NCBI GenBank assembly: GCA_035473115.1
Contig: DATION010000001.1
Coordinates: 461-64,460, forward strand
From: Candidatus Udaeobacter sp.
Lineage (GTDB): Bacteria > Patescibacteriota > Patescibacteriia > Magasanikbacterales > GWA2-37-8
Length of the DNA stretch: 64,000 nt
Reading direction: 5' to 3'
A program made the translations under genes and the position numbers. How positions within the stretch are numbered: position 1 is the stretch's first letter; every line of letters begins with the position of its first letter. The notes below the pieces were generated by a model, which saw only the letters and a program-made list of their open reading frames with translations, did not search any database and was not told where the DNA came from. This document shows positions 1 through 9,385 of the stretch, piece by piece.

Positions 1-515
1 CCAGCTACTGCCCACCAGCGTCCTACCACCAAAGCTTTACTCGCGCGTAGAGCGTTTAATCCTTTGGCTCCGTCAAGTATTACTGCATAAGAAGCAAAGG
101 TGTACCAAACAGCAAAAATTATTCCGGGAATAATCAGCAGTAGTGTGCCGCCGATTACGCTTAGGGTAATAAGAAGAGAAACAAGTATCACTGGCCAGAT
201 TAGAGCGCTGGAAGTGGAGAATGTTTCCTTCCATTTTATTTGATTGCCAACCAAGGAGTCAAGAATAGTTCTGGCTAAAGCGGTCGTTACCCAGATAGCA
301 AATACCATGCTGGCAGCAAAGACAAGCATGATAATTATATTGCTAAATAAAGCAGCTGAAGGCAGATAGACAGACAGGTAAAGACTAATTGTGCCAATAG
401 CTGACAAAATAAGTGTTGGTAAAAATAGCATTATGATAAATGGCAGAAATCCTCGCCAGTTTTTTTTGTATAAATTCCAACTATCGACGATTATTTCCGT
501 AGGACTCTTGAGCAT
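1..515 (-). CDS. Integral membrane protein, C-terminus runs off the window
   Basis: Minus-strand ORF with ATG at 513-515, read by eye (MLKSPTEIIVDSWNLYKKNWRGF...). Several hydrophobic segments. Absent from the ORF track because it has no in-window stop. Confidence 0.4.
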   Translation of the reverse strand, partial: MLKSPTEIIVDSWNLYKKNWRGFLPFIIMLFLPTLILSAIGTISLYLSVYLPSAALFSNIIIMLVFAASMVFAIWVTTALARTILDSLVGNQIKWKETFSTSSALIWPVILVSLLITLSVIGGTLLLIIPGIIFAVWYTFASYAVILDGAKGLNALRASKALVVGRWWAVA

Positions 516-558
516 ACAATTGTAAATTACAAGGTTAAATTTTAAGGTAAAGGAAGGA

Positions 559-1266
559 TTATTGTTTAATAATACTTTTAAGAAGTTCCGTACCTTCTTG
601 TTTCATTATACCAATTTCAGATTCAGCGTTCAAGTAATGAACTTCTGTGCCTCGGTCGGTAAATATTTTTTGGTACTGGGCGGAGTTAAAGTTTTCTGTC
701 GCTTTTTTGAGAAAATCTATTTTTTCAAAAATAGCGTTGTCATTCTTATCAAAACGGGAACTTATTCGTGCGGCCGCTTTTTCGGCAGGGATTTTGGCAA
801 TGATCAAATGATCTGGCCTGTTCTCCAGAGCTAGCTGGTTGCCCGGGAATTGGGCAATTTTATCATAGGTAAATTCTGAATTTTGTAAGCTTTGATAGGC
901 TAGCGAAGTGCTGACGCCGCGATCTTGGATAACAATTTTGCCGTTAGCGAGCAGGGGAATTATTATTTTGGTGTATAAAACTAATCGGTCTAGAGAGAAG
1001 GCTTCGATAATAGCGCGAGGCGGGTAGTTGGTGCCGGTTTTAACCAGTTCTTCGCGAATGACTTTGCCCACACCGGCATAAGTTGGTTCACAGCTAAAAA
1101 TAAAATCATAAGATTTTAGTTCATGAAGTTCCGGGTATTTCCCGTTGGTTTGCCAGTATTCTTTTAAATCAAAAATAGCATTGCCTTGAGCAGTAAGATA
1201 ATCTTTCCAAGCTTGAACAATAGTGCTCTTGCCGCTGCCATCAATGCCGTCGATCATGATGAACAT
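559..1266 (-). CDS. tmk: Thymidylate (dTMP) kinase
   Basis: N-terminal P-loop IDGIDGSGKST and a DRxxxSSLAYQ LID-like region typical of Tmk. Confidence 0.85.
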   Translation of the reverse strand: MFIMIDGIDGSGKSTIVQAWKDYLTAQGNAIFDLKEYWQTNGKYPELHELKSYDFIFSCEPTYAGVGKVIREELVKTGTNYPPRAIIEAFSLDRLVLYTKIIIPLLANGKIVIQDRGVSTSLAYQSLQNSEFTYDKIAQFPGNQLALENRPDHLIIAKIPAEKAAARISSRFDKNDNAIFEKIDFLKKATENFNSAQYQKIFTDRGTEVHYLNAESEIGIMKQEGTELLKSIIKQ

Positions 1267-1270
1267 AGTT

Positions 1271-1747
1271 CTAAAGTTTTTCGTATTTTACAAATGAAAA
1301 TCCGTCATGGTCTTCACGCCAAGTTTCCTGCCAGATGGTTTTGTCTATTTCCGGAAAAAAAACATCGCCGTCAGGCTCTTGGTTAATAAGGGTGATGTAC
1401 AAAACATCGGCTCGGTTTATGGTTTGTCTATAAATACTGGCTCCGCCACAGATAAAAACATCTTCGTCTTTTAGTTTATCCCAAACTTCATCTAAAGAAT
1501 AAAAAACCCGCACGCCTTCGGGGGCTTTAAAGTTTTTGTCTAAAGTAATCACTGCGGTTTGGCGTCCAGGTAATGGCTTGCCTAGATAGCCGAGAATAGA
1601 CTCAAAAGTTGCTTGGCCCATCAAGCAAGTTTTTCCTAGAGTCATTTTTTTAAAATACTGAAAATCCTCCGGGACATCCCAAGGAATTTTGTTATTTTTG
1701 CCAATGCAGTTATTTTTGGCAACGGCGGCGATTAGGGAAAAACTCAT
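1271..1747 (-). CDS. folA: Dihydrofolate reductase
   Basis: 158 aa. LIAAVAKNNCIGKNNKIPW N-terminus and a GG(A)SIY motif are typical of DHFR. Confidence 0.85.
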   Translation of the reverse strand: MSFSLIAAVAKNNCIGKNNKIPWDVPEDFQYFKKMTLGKTCLMGQATFESILGYLGKPLPGRQTAVITLDKNFKAPEGVRVFYSLDEVWDKLKDEDVFICGGASIYRQTINRADVLYITLINQEPDGDVFFPEIDKTIWQETWREDHDGFSFVKYEKL

Positions 1748-1750
1748 AAT

Positions 1751-2623
1751 TTATATTGCGATTGGGAATTCAATTTTTGGATAGCTTTGATAATTTAAAA
1801 CTACACTATCTTCGCATTTCCAGTCAAAAATTGAAGTAAAATTTTTAGTTTCAATTGTTGGTAGGGGGTAAGTATTTGGATCTCTAGTAATCTGTTCTTT
1901 GGCGCCAGCGATGTGATCGACATAAATATGAGTATCTGCCAAAAATCCTACCAGTTTGCCTTCCTGTAAGCCGGTTTCTTTGGCCAGTAAATGTAGGAGC
2001 AGAGCATAGCTAGAAATATTAAAGGGCAAACCAAGCATAGTATCTACCGAACGTTGGTTCCATAGCAGATTTAGTTTGCCGTTTATTACCGTAACTTGGT
2101 AACAGTAGTGGCAAGGAGGCAAGCCCATTTGACTCAGCATGGATGGATTCCAGGAATTAACGATCATGCGGCGGTCGTTGGGATTGGTTTTTAAAGTCTC
2201 AACTAATTTTTTTAATTGGTCTATGCCTTGGCCGGTATAGTCGCTGTCGTAATTTTTATATTCAGCATTAAAATGCCGCCATTGGAATCCATAAATTGGA
2301 CCAAGATCTCTTTCACTTTTCATTTTTTCTTTAGCCGCTTCGTCGTGTCCATAAGGCGCTTTTTTTGGATTAGCCCATTCGTCCCAAATATGATTATTAT
2401 GGTCTTGCAGCCATTGTTTGTCGGTAATACCTTTGATAAAGAATTCTAATTCTGAAGCCACGGCTTTGAAGGGCACTTTTTTGGTAGTAAGCATGGGGAA
2501 GCCTTTGCTCATATCGTGCTCAAAAATAGTGCCGGCAATAGCGATAGTATCTGTGCCGGTACGATTTTCTTTACGTTCACCGTTTTCTAAAACGTTGCGA
2601 ACAATATCCAAATACGCGCGCAT
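1751..2623 (-). CDS. thyA: Thymidylate synthase
   Basis: MRAYLDIVRNVLENGERKENRTGTDT, FPMLTTKKV, and the catalytic LPPCH motif. Confidence 0.9.
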   Translation of the reverse strand: MRAYLDIVRNVLENGERKENRTGTDTIAIAGTIFEHDMSKGFPMLTTKKVPFKAVASELEFFIKGITDKQWLQDHNNHIWDEWANPKKAPYGHDEAAKEKMKSERDLGPIYGFQWRHFNAEYKNYDSDYTGQGIDQLKKLVETLKTNPNDRRMIVNSWNPSMLSQMGLPPCHYCYQVTVINGKLNLLWNQRSVDTMLGLPFNISSYALLLHLLAKETGLQEGKLVGFLADTHIYVDHIAGAKEQITRDPNTYPLPTIETKNFTSIFDWKCEDSVVLNYQSYPKIEFPIAI

Positions 2624-2665
2624 AGGTTAAGAAAAATTTATTCTAATTATATTTGTTAATTTTTA

Positions 2666-2875
2666 TTAAGCTACATTCTCTAAATCTTCTTCCTCAAGTT
2701 CTATTTCTTCATCAGCTCCATTTGTTATTTTTTTAAAGGCAGTGTCAACTTCAGTATTAATTTTTTTTGCTTCGTCCTTTCGTTTTAGCATGGGTATGTC
2801 TTGTTCTGAATGTACCCCAGGTAAATATCCTTCTGGTTTTCTTGGTCTTGATGATTCAAACATTCCTTTTGCCAT
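2666..2875 (-). CDS. Small acidic hypothetical protein
   Basis: 69-aa ORF between thyA and dut on the same strand. No recognisable motif. Confidence 0.3.
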   Translation of the reverse strand: MAKGMFESSRPRKPEGYLPGVHSEQDIPMLKRKDEAKKINTEVDTAFKKITNGADEEIELEEEDLENVA

Positions 2876-2911
2876 AAATTTTTAAATTAATAATAAGTTA
2901 TTTAATATATT

Positions 2912-3340
2912 CTATCCCGTACTGCCAAACCCGCCGCGGCTGTCTATGTTCATTTCATCTACTTCTTGCCATTCTCCTTTATCTACCCGAACAAAAGCGG
3001 CTTGGCCAACTCGTTCGCCGCGAGCTATAGCCACTTCTTGGTCAGTAAAGTTGTAAACCTGCAGCATTATTTCATCTTTTTCACCATGGTAATCTTGGTC
3101 AATTATACCAATTCCATGTGGCACCAGCAAGCCCTTTTTTTTGGGTGTACTGGAGCGAGTTACGACTGTTAACATGTAGTCTTTTGGAGTTTCAATAATT
3201 AGATTTGTGGGAATTAGAGCAATTGTTTTTGGGGCAATAGTCATATCTGTTCGGCTATATAAATCAAAAGCAACCGCGCCGCTAGTTTGGTATTCTGGTA
3301 GGGGTAGAGAAGTGTCTAGGCGTTTTATTTTAACTTGCAT
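2912..3340 (-). CDS. dut: dUTP diphosphatase
   Basis: 142 aa with C-terminal SRGGFGSTG motif. Confidence 0.9.
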   Translation of the reverse strand: MQVKIKRLDTSLPLPEYQTSGAVAFDLYSRTDMTIAPKTIALIPTNLIIETPKDYMLTVVTRSSTPKKKGLLVPHGIGIIDQDYHGEKDEIMLQVYNFTDQEVAIARGERVGQAAFVRVDKGEWQEVDEMNIDSRGGFGSTG

Positions 3341-3893
3341 GGTATTTGTTGATTAAATCGTCGAGCTGTTTATAGAGCTGCTCAGGAGTGCCGTTGTTGT
3401 CTATATGTTCGGTGGCGTGGCCGGCAACTTCTGGAATAGACATTTCCGTAGAGCGTTTATGGTCTTCCATGAATTGCTCAAAAGTTTTAGTTTTATCATC
3501 AGATTTTTCGGAACGTTTAACTATTCTTTCGTATCTGGTGCGCGGCTGCGCAAAAATTTCTATTAAAACAAAATTTGGCAAGCGGGAAAGATATTCTATG
3601 TCAGCCATACGACGAATGCCTTCAACAACAATAAGTTTGTTTTCATCGGTCTCTGCGTCTTTAGCCATTACTTTAGCCATTGTGTCTTCGCCAAAAGTAC
3701 TGCGGATAGCCTCGGACATTTTAATCAGATTATCTCGGTTAGCTTCCAAATAAATTCTTTGCAGCAGATCAAATAGCATGGTAGAGAAACGGTATGTGCT
3801 CGCTCCGTATTTTTTTTGGTAATATTCAGCAGAAGCCCCTTTGCCGCTGGCTGGTAAGCCGACAAATCCTAGAATTATTTTAGTATTTTGCAT
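3330..3893 (-). CDS. P-loop nucleoside/nucleotide kinase family protein (possible dNMP kinase)
   Basis: Walker A GLPASGKG. Sits inside the nucleotide-metabolism cluster. The exact family is not resolvable by eye. Confidence 0.45.
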   Translation of the reverse strand: MQNTKIILGFVGLPASGKGASAEYYQKKYGASTYRFSTMLFDLLQRIYLEANRDNLIKMSEAIRSTFGEDTMAKVMAKDAETDENKLIVVEGIRRMADIEYLSRLPNFVLIEIFAQPRTRYERIVKRSEKSDDKTKTFEQFMEDHKRSTEMSIPEVAGHATEHIDNNGTPEQLYKQLDDLINKYHAS

Positions 3894-3954
3894 ATAAAGT
3901 GAGAGAAATAAAATTTATTTTAATTTCCGAGCGTATATACAAAATACCTTAGTA

Positions 3955-4458
3955 TTATTTGGCATAATCACAAATATATTGTCGGTATTTAATTTTTGCT
4001 CCATCTAACAATCGGCGAGCTGCGACCCAGATGTCAGCATCATGATACTTATCGCTTTCAAAGATAACTTCGGTGATGCCGTTTTGAATCATGGCTTTGA
4101 CGCATTCATTACAAGGAAAAAGAGTGGAGTAAATTTTGCCTTCTTTTACCGAGGCGTTGGCGTTGTAGATGGCGTTTTCTTCAGCATGGCAAACATAAGC
4201 GTATTTGGTATCTAAAAAACCACCTTCTCGTTCCCAAGGAAATTTTTCGTTATCAATTCCACGCGGAAAACCGTTGTAGCCGATGCCCACAACAACATTA
4301 TTTTGATTGGCTATAACAGCCCCTACCTGAGAAGACGGATCTTTGGAGCGTTCGGCAATGACATGGGCCATACGCATAAAACATTCGTCCCAAGATATAT
4401 AGTTATTTCTGGCTAGTTGCATATAATTTAGAGCTAGTTTATAACTCAAGTTTAACAA
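3955..4458 (-). CDS. dCMP deaminase
   Basis: Zinc-binding HAEENAI and PCNECVK motifs of the cytidine/dCMP deaminase family. Confidence 0.85.
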   Translation of the reverse strand: MLNLSYKLALNYMQLARNNYISWDECFMRMAHVIAERSKDPSSQVGAVIANQNNVVVGIGYNGFPRGIDNEKFPWEREGGFLDTKYAYVCHAEENAIYNANASVKEGKIYSTLFPCNECVKAMIQNGITEVIFESDKYHDADIWVAARRLLDGAKIKYRQYICDYAK

Positions 4459-4478
4459 AAAGTATTTTTTATTGCAAC

Positions 4479-5534
4479 TTAAAAACCGTGGCTTTTCTTG
4501 TATTTTTCCGTTTCCAAAATTATTTTTTTGGCTACCGAAAGAGTATAGGCTGGCCGGGCGCTTAGAGCAGTTTCATTGCACAACATTATGCCATCAGCTC
4601 CATCTAAAACAATATTGGTCAGATCCAAAATATCTGAGCGTAGCGGAATATAATTATAGATACTGCCTTCCAAAATTTGGGAAGAAATAATAACCTGTTT
4701 TTTATATTTTTTAACCATGGCAATAGCTTCTTTTTGGAAAATTCCCAGTCTTTCAAAAGGCATATCCAAGCCCAGTTTGCCGCGGTTCAAAAGTATCAAA
4801 TCATAAAAATCATCTTGGCAGATTTTTTCTAAATTATCCATGGCTATCCGGTTTTCGATGCGGCAGATTTTTTTTGGCTGCCAGCTAAAATCAGATAGTT
4901 TTTTAATTTTTTCATTTACAGCCGGAGATATAAAAGGTATGGCCAGATAATCTGGAGCGACCTCTTCCAGCTTAGATAAAATTTCGCTTAAGCGGTTAAG
5001 GTAGGCTTCATTTTCGGTGTTTTGGGCGATATGAATGCTCAAGCCCGACTGCAAAGTTCCTTCATTGAGAGCTCGGACCCCCACAGTTTCGTTATTTATA
5101 ATTTCCGTTACCTGCAAGGCAATTTTGCCATGGTCAATGGTAGTAATTTGATTGATATAAACTTGATTGCCTAGTTCGGCAATATGAATACAGATATTTT
5201 CTTTAGGCAGTGGTTCGTCTTCAACATCAGAAGTAATTTTTTTTGGGCAATGATCTGCAGAAGCTGATTTTAAAATTATTTCTTCGTTTTCTAGTACTTT
5301 ACGCGGAGTATCAGGTCCGGCAAGACGAACCTGGTTGGATGGCAGGTTAACTATAATTTTGGCGGAAGAATTTAATTCATCAATAATTTTTGCACTGCTG
5401 TTGATGCGGTCAATGGTGTCTTGAATTGGTCCATAGGAAAAACTATAGCGCAAAGCATCGGCGCCAGCCAAAATAATTTTTCTGATTTTTTCTTCCGAGA
5501 ATTTATCAAAACCGACGGAAGCAATAATGAACAT
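4479..5534 (-). CDS. pyk: Pyruvate kinase, short form lacking the C-terminal regulatory domain
   Basis: N-terminal barrel resembles PK. VLDGADGIMLCNETALSARP matches the PK motif ILDGTDAVMLSGESAKG. Only 351 aa. Confidence 0.65.
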   Translation of the reverse strand: MFIIASVGFDKFSEEKIRKIILAGADALRYSFSYGPIQDTIDRINSSAKIIDELNSSAKIIVNLPSNQVRLAGPDTPRKVLENEEIILKSASADHCPKKITSDVEDEPLPKENICIHIAELGNQVYINQITTIDHGKIALQVTEIINNETVGVRALNEGTLQSGLSIHIAQNTENEAYLNRLSEILSKLEEVAPDYLAIPFISPAVNEKIKKLSDFSWQPKKICRIENRIAMDNLEKICQDDFYDLILLNRGKLGLDMPFERLGIFQKEAIAMVKKYKKQVIISSQILEGSIYNYIPLRSDILDLTNIVLDGADGIMLCNETALSARPAYTLSVAKKIILETEKYKKSHGF

Positions 5535-5590
5535 ATAATTAGTTAGAAAATATTAATTTATTATTGATGTTCATGCTATATGTATAATTA

Positions 5591-5627
5591 CAAATCCCGC
5601 CTTGGCGGGCGGGATTTGGTTTTTAGG
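5591..5627 (-). terminator. Hairpin after the rplA stop
   Basis: Stem AAATCCCGCC / GGCGGGATTT flanked by A/T-rich runs on both strands. Confidence 0.45.
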
Positions 5628-6297
5628 CGGAGATTTTTATAGCCGGACCCATAGTTGAGCAAAGGGTAACATTTTTTAGGAATGTGCCTTTGGATGTGGC
5701 CGGTTTAGCTTTTTTAAGAGCTTCCAGTAAGGCGTTGATGTTTTCTTTTAGGTTAGCTTCGCCAAAACTCAGTTTGCCTACAACCTGATGAACATTGCCA
5801 CCATCATCGTTTTTAAAAGTTATTTTACCTTTTTTAAGTTCTTCAATCATCTTTTTGATGTTGGTTCCAACCGTATCTGTTTTTGGGTTAGGCATTAAAC
5901 CTTTTGGACCCAAAACTTTGGCAATTGAAGCCAGCTTAGGCATCATATCCGGAGTAGTGACAGCGATTTCAAAGGGAATCTTGCCGGTGTCTTTAATTTT
6001 TTTGATTTCTTCTTCACCATAAATAAAATCAGCGCCGGCTTCTTTGGCTTCCTTTTCTTTGTCAGCCGAAACAAAAGCCGCTATAGTTTTGGTTTTTCCG
6101 GTTCCGTGCGGTAATACCACGGTAGCGCGAACTTGCTGTTCAGTTTTTTTGGTATCAATACCAAGATTAGCGTGAATCTCTACGCTGGCGTCGAATTTTA
6201 CGCCGCTAGTTTCATTCAAAAGTTTAACCGCTTCTTCCAGAGAATAGGTTTTACTTTTGTCCACTTTTGCCTTTAAGGCAGCCATCCGTTTTGACAT
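5623..6297 (-). CDS. rplA: 50S ribosomal protein L1
   Basis: The ORF track starts at 6321. The canonical L1 N-terminus MSKRMAALKAKVD begins at 6297. Confidence 0.9.
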   Translation of the reverse strand: MSKRMAALKAKVDKSKTYSLEEAVKLLNETSGVKFDASVEIHANLGIDTKKTEQQVRATVVLPHGTGKTKTIAAFVSADKEKEAKEAGADFIYGEEEIKKIKDTGKIPFEIAVTTPDMMPKLASIAKVLGPKGLMPNPKTDTVGTNIKKMIEELKKGKITFKNDDGGNVHQVVGKLSFGEANLKENINALLEALKKAKPATSKGTFLKNVTLCSTMGPAIKISA

Positions 6298-6356
6298 ATT
6301 TTTTAAATTTAGGTGGTGCAAACCCCTAGGTTGGCTAGGGTCCCACTTATGTGGCC

Positions 6357-6385
6357 AGTATATTATAAGTAGGCTATTTTGTCAA
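6357..6385 (-). promoter_or_regulatory. Sigma-70-type promoter for rplA
   Basis: Minus strand: TTGACA, 17-nt spacer, TATACT. A small hairpin (CCCTAG...CTAGGG) follows in the leader. Confidence 0.5.
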
Positions 6386-6401
6386 TGCTAAAACCGGCCA
6401 A

Positions 6402-6472
6402 TAAAAAACCACCCGGTCTCTATAAGTACAAATTATATTTTTATACTTATAGAGACAGATCGGGCGGTTTTT
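6402..6472 (-). terminator. Long imperfect hairpin terminator after the sigma-54 activator gene
   Basis: CCACCCGGTCTCTATAAGTA ... TACTTATAGAGACAGATCGGGCGG, flanked by an A-run and a T-run. Confidence 0.5.
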
Positions 6473-6492
6473 AAGCTATGTGCTGAGGATTT

Positions 6493-7455
6493 TTAGTTAA
6501 TCGTTCGGCTAGTACTTCTAAAATCATCGGGGTTGATCTCGTTTGATACCATAATTCGAACTAGACTCGTTCTATTCATCCCCAGGGATCTGGCGGCTTT
6601 TGATACATTGCCCTTGGCCTGTATAAGAGCCTCTCTTACTTGGTTAGCCTTGATTTGTCTGGTTGCAGCTTTAAGATCATTTTTAATGAGCGCAGGCGGC
6701 GGTTCCATTAGAAGTGGCATATCAGCAACGCCAGCCTCTGTTCCTTCACAGGCAATAACCATGCGCTCTACCACGTTGCGCAATTCGCGAATATTTCCCG
6801 GCCACGAATATTGGCGAAGCTTCGTTCGCGCTTCGGAGCTGATGCTGGTGACGATTGAAGATGGGTTTTCTCTTTTTACCTGACCCAGCAGGTGGTCAGT
6901 TATAGAGTCAATATCTTCTCTGCGTTCGCGCAGTGGCGGTAAACGCACACTTACTACGTTAAGACGATAAAACAGATCTTGGCGGAAGCGCTTCAGTTGT
7001 ACTAACTCCTCAAGGTTAGCATTGGTGGCGCAAACAATTCGAACGTCAATCGGAATTTCTTTGGTTGCTCCGATCCGACGCACTAGTCTTTTTTCTGCAA
7101 CTCGCAACAGCTTAGCCTGAGCGGCTTCTGACATCTCTCCTATCTCATCCAGGAAGACTGTTCCTGCGTAAGCTTGCTCAAATACTCCAGGATGTGCCGC
7201 GAATGCACCGGTAAAGGCGCCTCGCTCATGGCCAAACAGCTCGCTTTCAATAAGATGCTGGTTGAGTGCGGAGCAGTTGATAGCCACTAGCGGACCAGTC
7301 TTGCCACGAGGGCTTCGAGTATGGATATACTCCGCTAGCAGCTCTTTGCCCGTGCCGGTTTCTCCGGTTATTACTACCGAACAATTTCCTTGCTCGGCAG
7401 CTTTGGTTGCTATTGCCATGAGATCCAACATCGCTCTAGTCTTTCCAATAATCAT
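6493..7455 (-). CDS. Sigma-54-dependent transcriptional activator, PspF-like (AAA+ plus HTH, no sensor domain)
   Basis: Walker A GETGTGKE and the GAFTGA sigma-54 contact motif. C-terminal Fis-type HTH. 320 aa, with GC visibly above its neighbours. Confidence 0.8.
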   Translation of the reverse strand: MIIGKTRAMLDLMAIATKAAEQGNCSVVITGETGTGKELLAEYIHTRSPRGKTGPLVAINCSALNQHLIESELFGHERGAFTGAFAAHPGVFEQAYAGTVFLDEIGEMSEAAQAKLLRVAEKRLVRRIGATKEIPIDVRIVCATNANLEELVQLKRFRQDLFYRLNVVSVRLPPLRERREDIDSITDHLLGQVKRENPSSIVTSISSEARTKLRQYSWPGNIRELRNVVERMVIACEGTEAGVADMPLLMEPPPALIKNDLKAATRQIKANQVREALIQAKGNVSKAARSLGMNRTSLVRIMVSNEINPDDFRSTSRTIN

Positions 7456-7542
7456 TTGGACCTCCTTTGTTGAGAACGTATTTTATTTTAACTGCAAATT
7501 TAACGGTTTGTCAATGTAAAAAAAGAAGTTTTTTGCCAGTGT

Positions 7543-8727
7543 TTAAAAAGCCGATTCTTTTTTTATGCCCGGACGAAGAACTTTAAAAGATAAGAAGAAA
7601 CAAACCAAAAGCAAAAGACCGCCAACTAGGAAAGTCACAGGAATAGAAATAGCGGTAGCAATAACTCCGCCTAGGATTGGGCCCAGTATCATGCCAATAC
7701 TTTGATATGATGTGTTTAGACCCATAATTGAACCCTGAGATTTTTCATCAGCTTCTTGAGAAAGAATAGTAGGGATAAGAGTTTGAGACAGGCTGTTGAA
7801 AAGAGCCAGGCCGATTATGGTAATTACAAAAACGATAATAGAATGGGATAAAGACATTATTATGAGTGATAAGGCAGTAAAGAATATGCCGGTGCTGAAT
7901 GATTTTTTTGTGCCTAATTTTTTGGCTACTCGTCCAACCAAAAATGTTTGCGCGATCAGTCCAATAGCTCCAAAAAGAGTAAACAGTAGCGCGTTTTGTG
8001 ACTGAGTGATATGCAAAATATTTAAAGTAAATGGCTGGAAGCCGTAAATGATTGAACAGGCAAAGGCTAAAAAGAAAAAGAAAGATATCAGAAAGGTGGC
8101 GCCGACATTGGGGTCAAATAAAGTTTTCCAGATGAGTTTAAAATCAAAAAGTTTGCCATTTTTGACTTCGCCCATGTGCTTGTTTGTTTCCGGCAAATAA
8201 AGCGCTGTAAGTATAGCGGCAATAGTGGTAATCACACCAGCAATAATAAAAGGTAAAGCTGGATGTAGAGCGATCGTAAGGGCGGCAATAGCCGGACCAA
8301 AAACAAAACCAAAATTAAAAGCCGAGCTGATCAAGCCAAAGGCTTTGGCGCGCTCTTCTGGTTTAGTTGAATCAGAAATAACGGCAAAAGCTACCGGGAT
8401 ATTGCCGGCAGTTAAACCATCCAGAGCGCGGGATAATAATAAAAATAGTGCGCTGGGCGCAAAAGCCATCATAAAAAACGATAGAGCTGTACCGATAATT
8501 GAGATCAGCAGCATTGGCCGGCGGCCATATTTATCCGATAGTCGGCCGATTATGGGAGTGGAAAAAAATTGGCAAATGGAATAAGTGGCGAACAATAAGC
8601 CATTTTGAAAATCGGATAAACCAAATTTTTTGGAATAGGAATAAAGCAGGGGAATAATAATTCCATAGCCAAGCATATTCACCAGCGCGATCAGAGCGAT
8701 GATTAATAGGTTTTTATTTTTTATCAT
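7543..8727 (-). CDS. MFS transporter (DHA1/TetA-like)
   Basis: About 12 predicted TM helices. MFS signature GRLSDKYGRRP. Confidence 0.85.
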   Translation of the reverse strand: MIKNKNLLIIALIALVNMLGYGIIIPLLYSYSKKFGLSDFQNGLLFATYSICQFFSTPIIGRLSDKYGRRPMLLISIIGTALSFFMMAFAPSALFLLLSRALDGLTAGNIPVAFAVISDSTKPEERAKAFGLISSAFNFGFVFGPAIAALTIALHPALPFIIAGVITTIAAILTALYLPETNKHMGEVKNGKLFDFKLIWKTLFDPNVGATFLISFFFFLAFACSIIYGFQPFTLNILHITQSQNALLFTLFGAIGLIAQTFLVGRVAKKLGTKKSFSTGIFFTALSLIIMSLSHSIIVFVITIIGLALFNSLSQTLIPTILSQEADEKSQGSIMGLNTSYQSIGMILGPILGGVIATAISIPVTFLVGGLLLLVCFFLSFKVLRPGIKKESAF

Positions 8728-8741
8728 ATTAGCTATCTAAT

Positions 8742-9359
8742 TTATAAAAGTATTCCAAAATTTTGTAAATCCTTTTTGAGTTGTTCGTTATCTTGAAACA
8801 AAATTGGATGATAGCCAATTTCAGCGGCTTTTTCCAAACTTTTACTAGCATCATCTATAAAAATTGTTTCTTGAGGCAATACGTTTAGCTTTTCAAATAG
8901 GTGCAGAAACGCTTCTTTATGAGGTTTTTGAAAGCCAATCTCGGAAGAAATAACAATCACGTCGGTTAGGTTATGTATTCCTTGAGCTTCGATTTCTTGT
9001 CTAAGTTTTGAAGTATTATTGCTTAAAATACCAACTTTGAATCCTTGCTGTTTTAAAACTGTAAACCAAGACAAAAGCTCGGTATTTAATTTTTTGCTGG
9101 TACTCCATTTATGGATCAGGGCTCTGACAGCACTTTCGGTTTCAGTGTTATCGCTAAAAGTTTTAACTGCTTTAATAATTATTTCTTCCCAGTTTTGATT
9201 GCCGATATTTGTTAAATGATTATGTTTAAAGTATTCGGCGCGAAAGTCGGCTAAAGGCACATTTAACAGTTCGGCAATTTTTGGCAATATTTTGCCGTAT
9301 TCGTAGAGTTCAATAACTCCGCCAAAATCAAAACAGACAGCTTTAATATCGGGTATCAT
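8742..9359 (-). CDS. HAD-superfamily hydrolase
   Basis: Motif I CFDFGGV and a motif IV-like FIDD. Confidence 0.75.
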   Translation of the reverse strand: MIPDIKAVCFDFGGVIELYEYGKILPKIAELLNVPLADFRAEYFKHNHLTNIGNQNWEEIIIKAVKTFSDNTETESAVRALIHKWSTSKKLNTELLSWFTVLKQQGFKVGILSNNTSKLRQEIEAQGIHNLTDVIVISSEIGFQKPHKEAFLHLFEKLNVLPQETIFIDDASKSLEKAAEIGYHPILFQDNEQLKKDLQNFGILL

Positions 9360-9385
9360 TAGGGAGTGTTAATTATTTATGACGA

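Noticed and set aside
562-834. Plus-strand 90-aa ORF overlapping tmk
   Set aside because: Antisense shadow of a well-supported gene.
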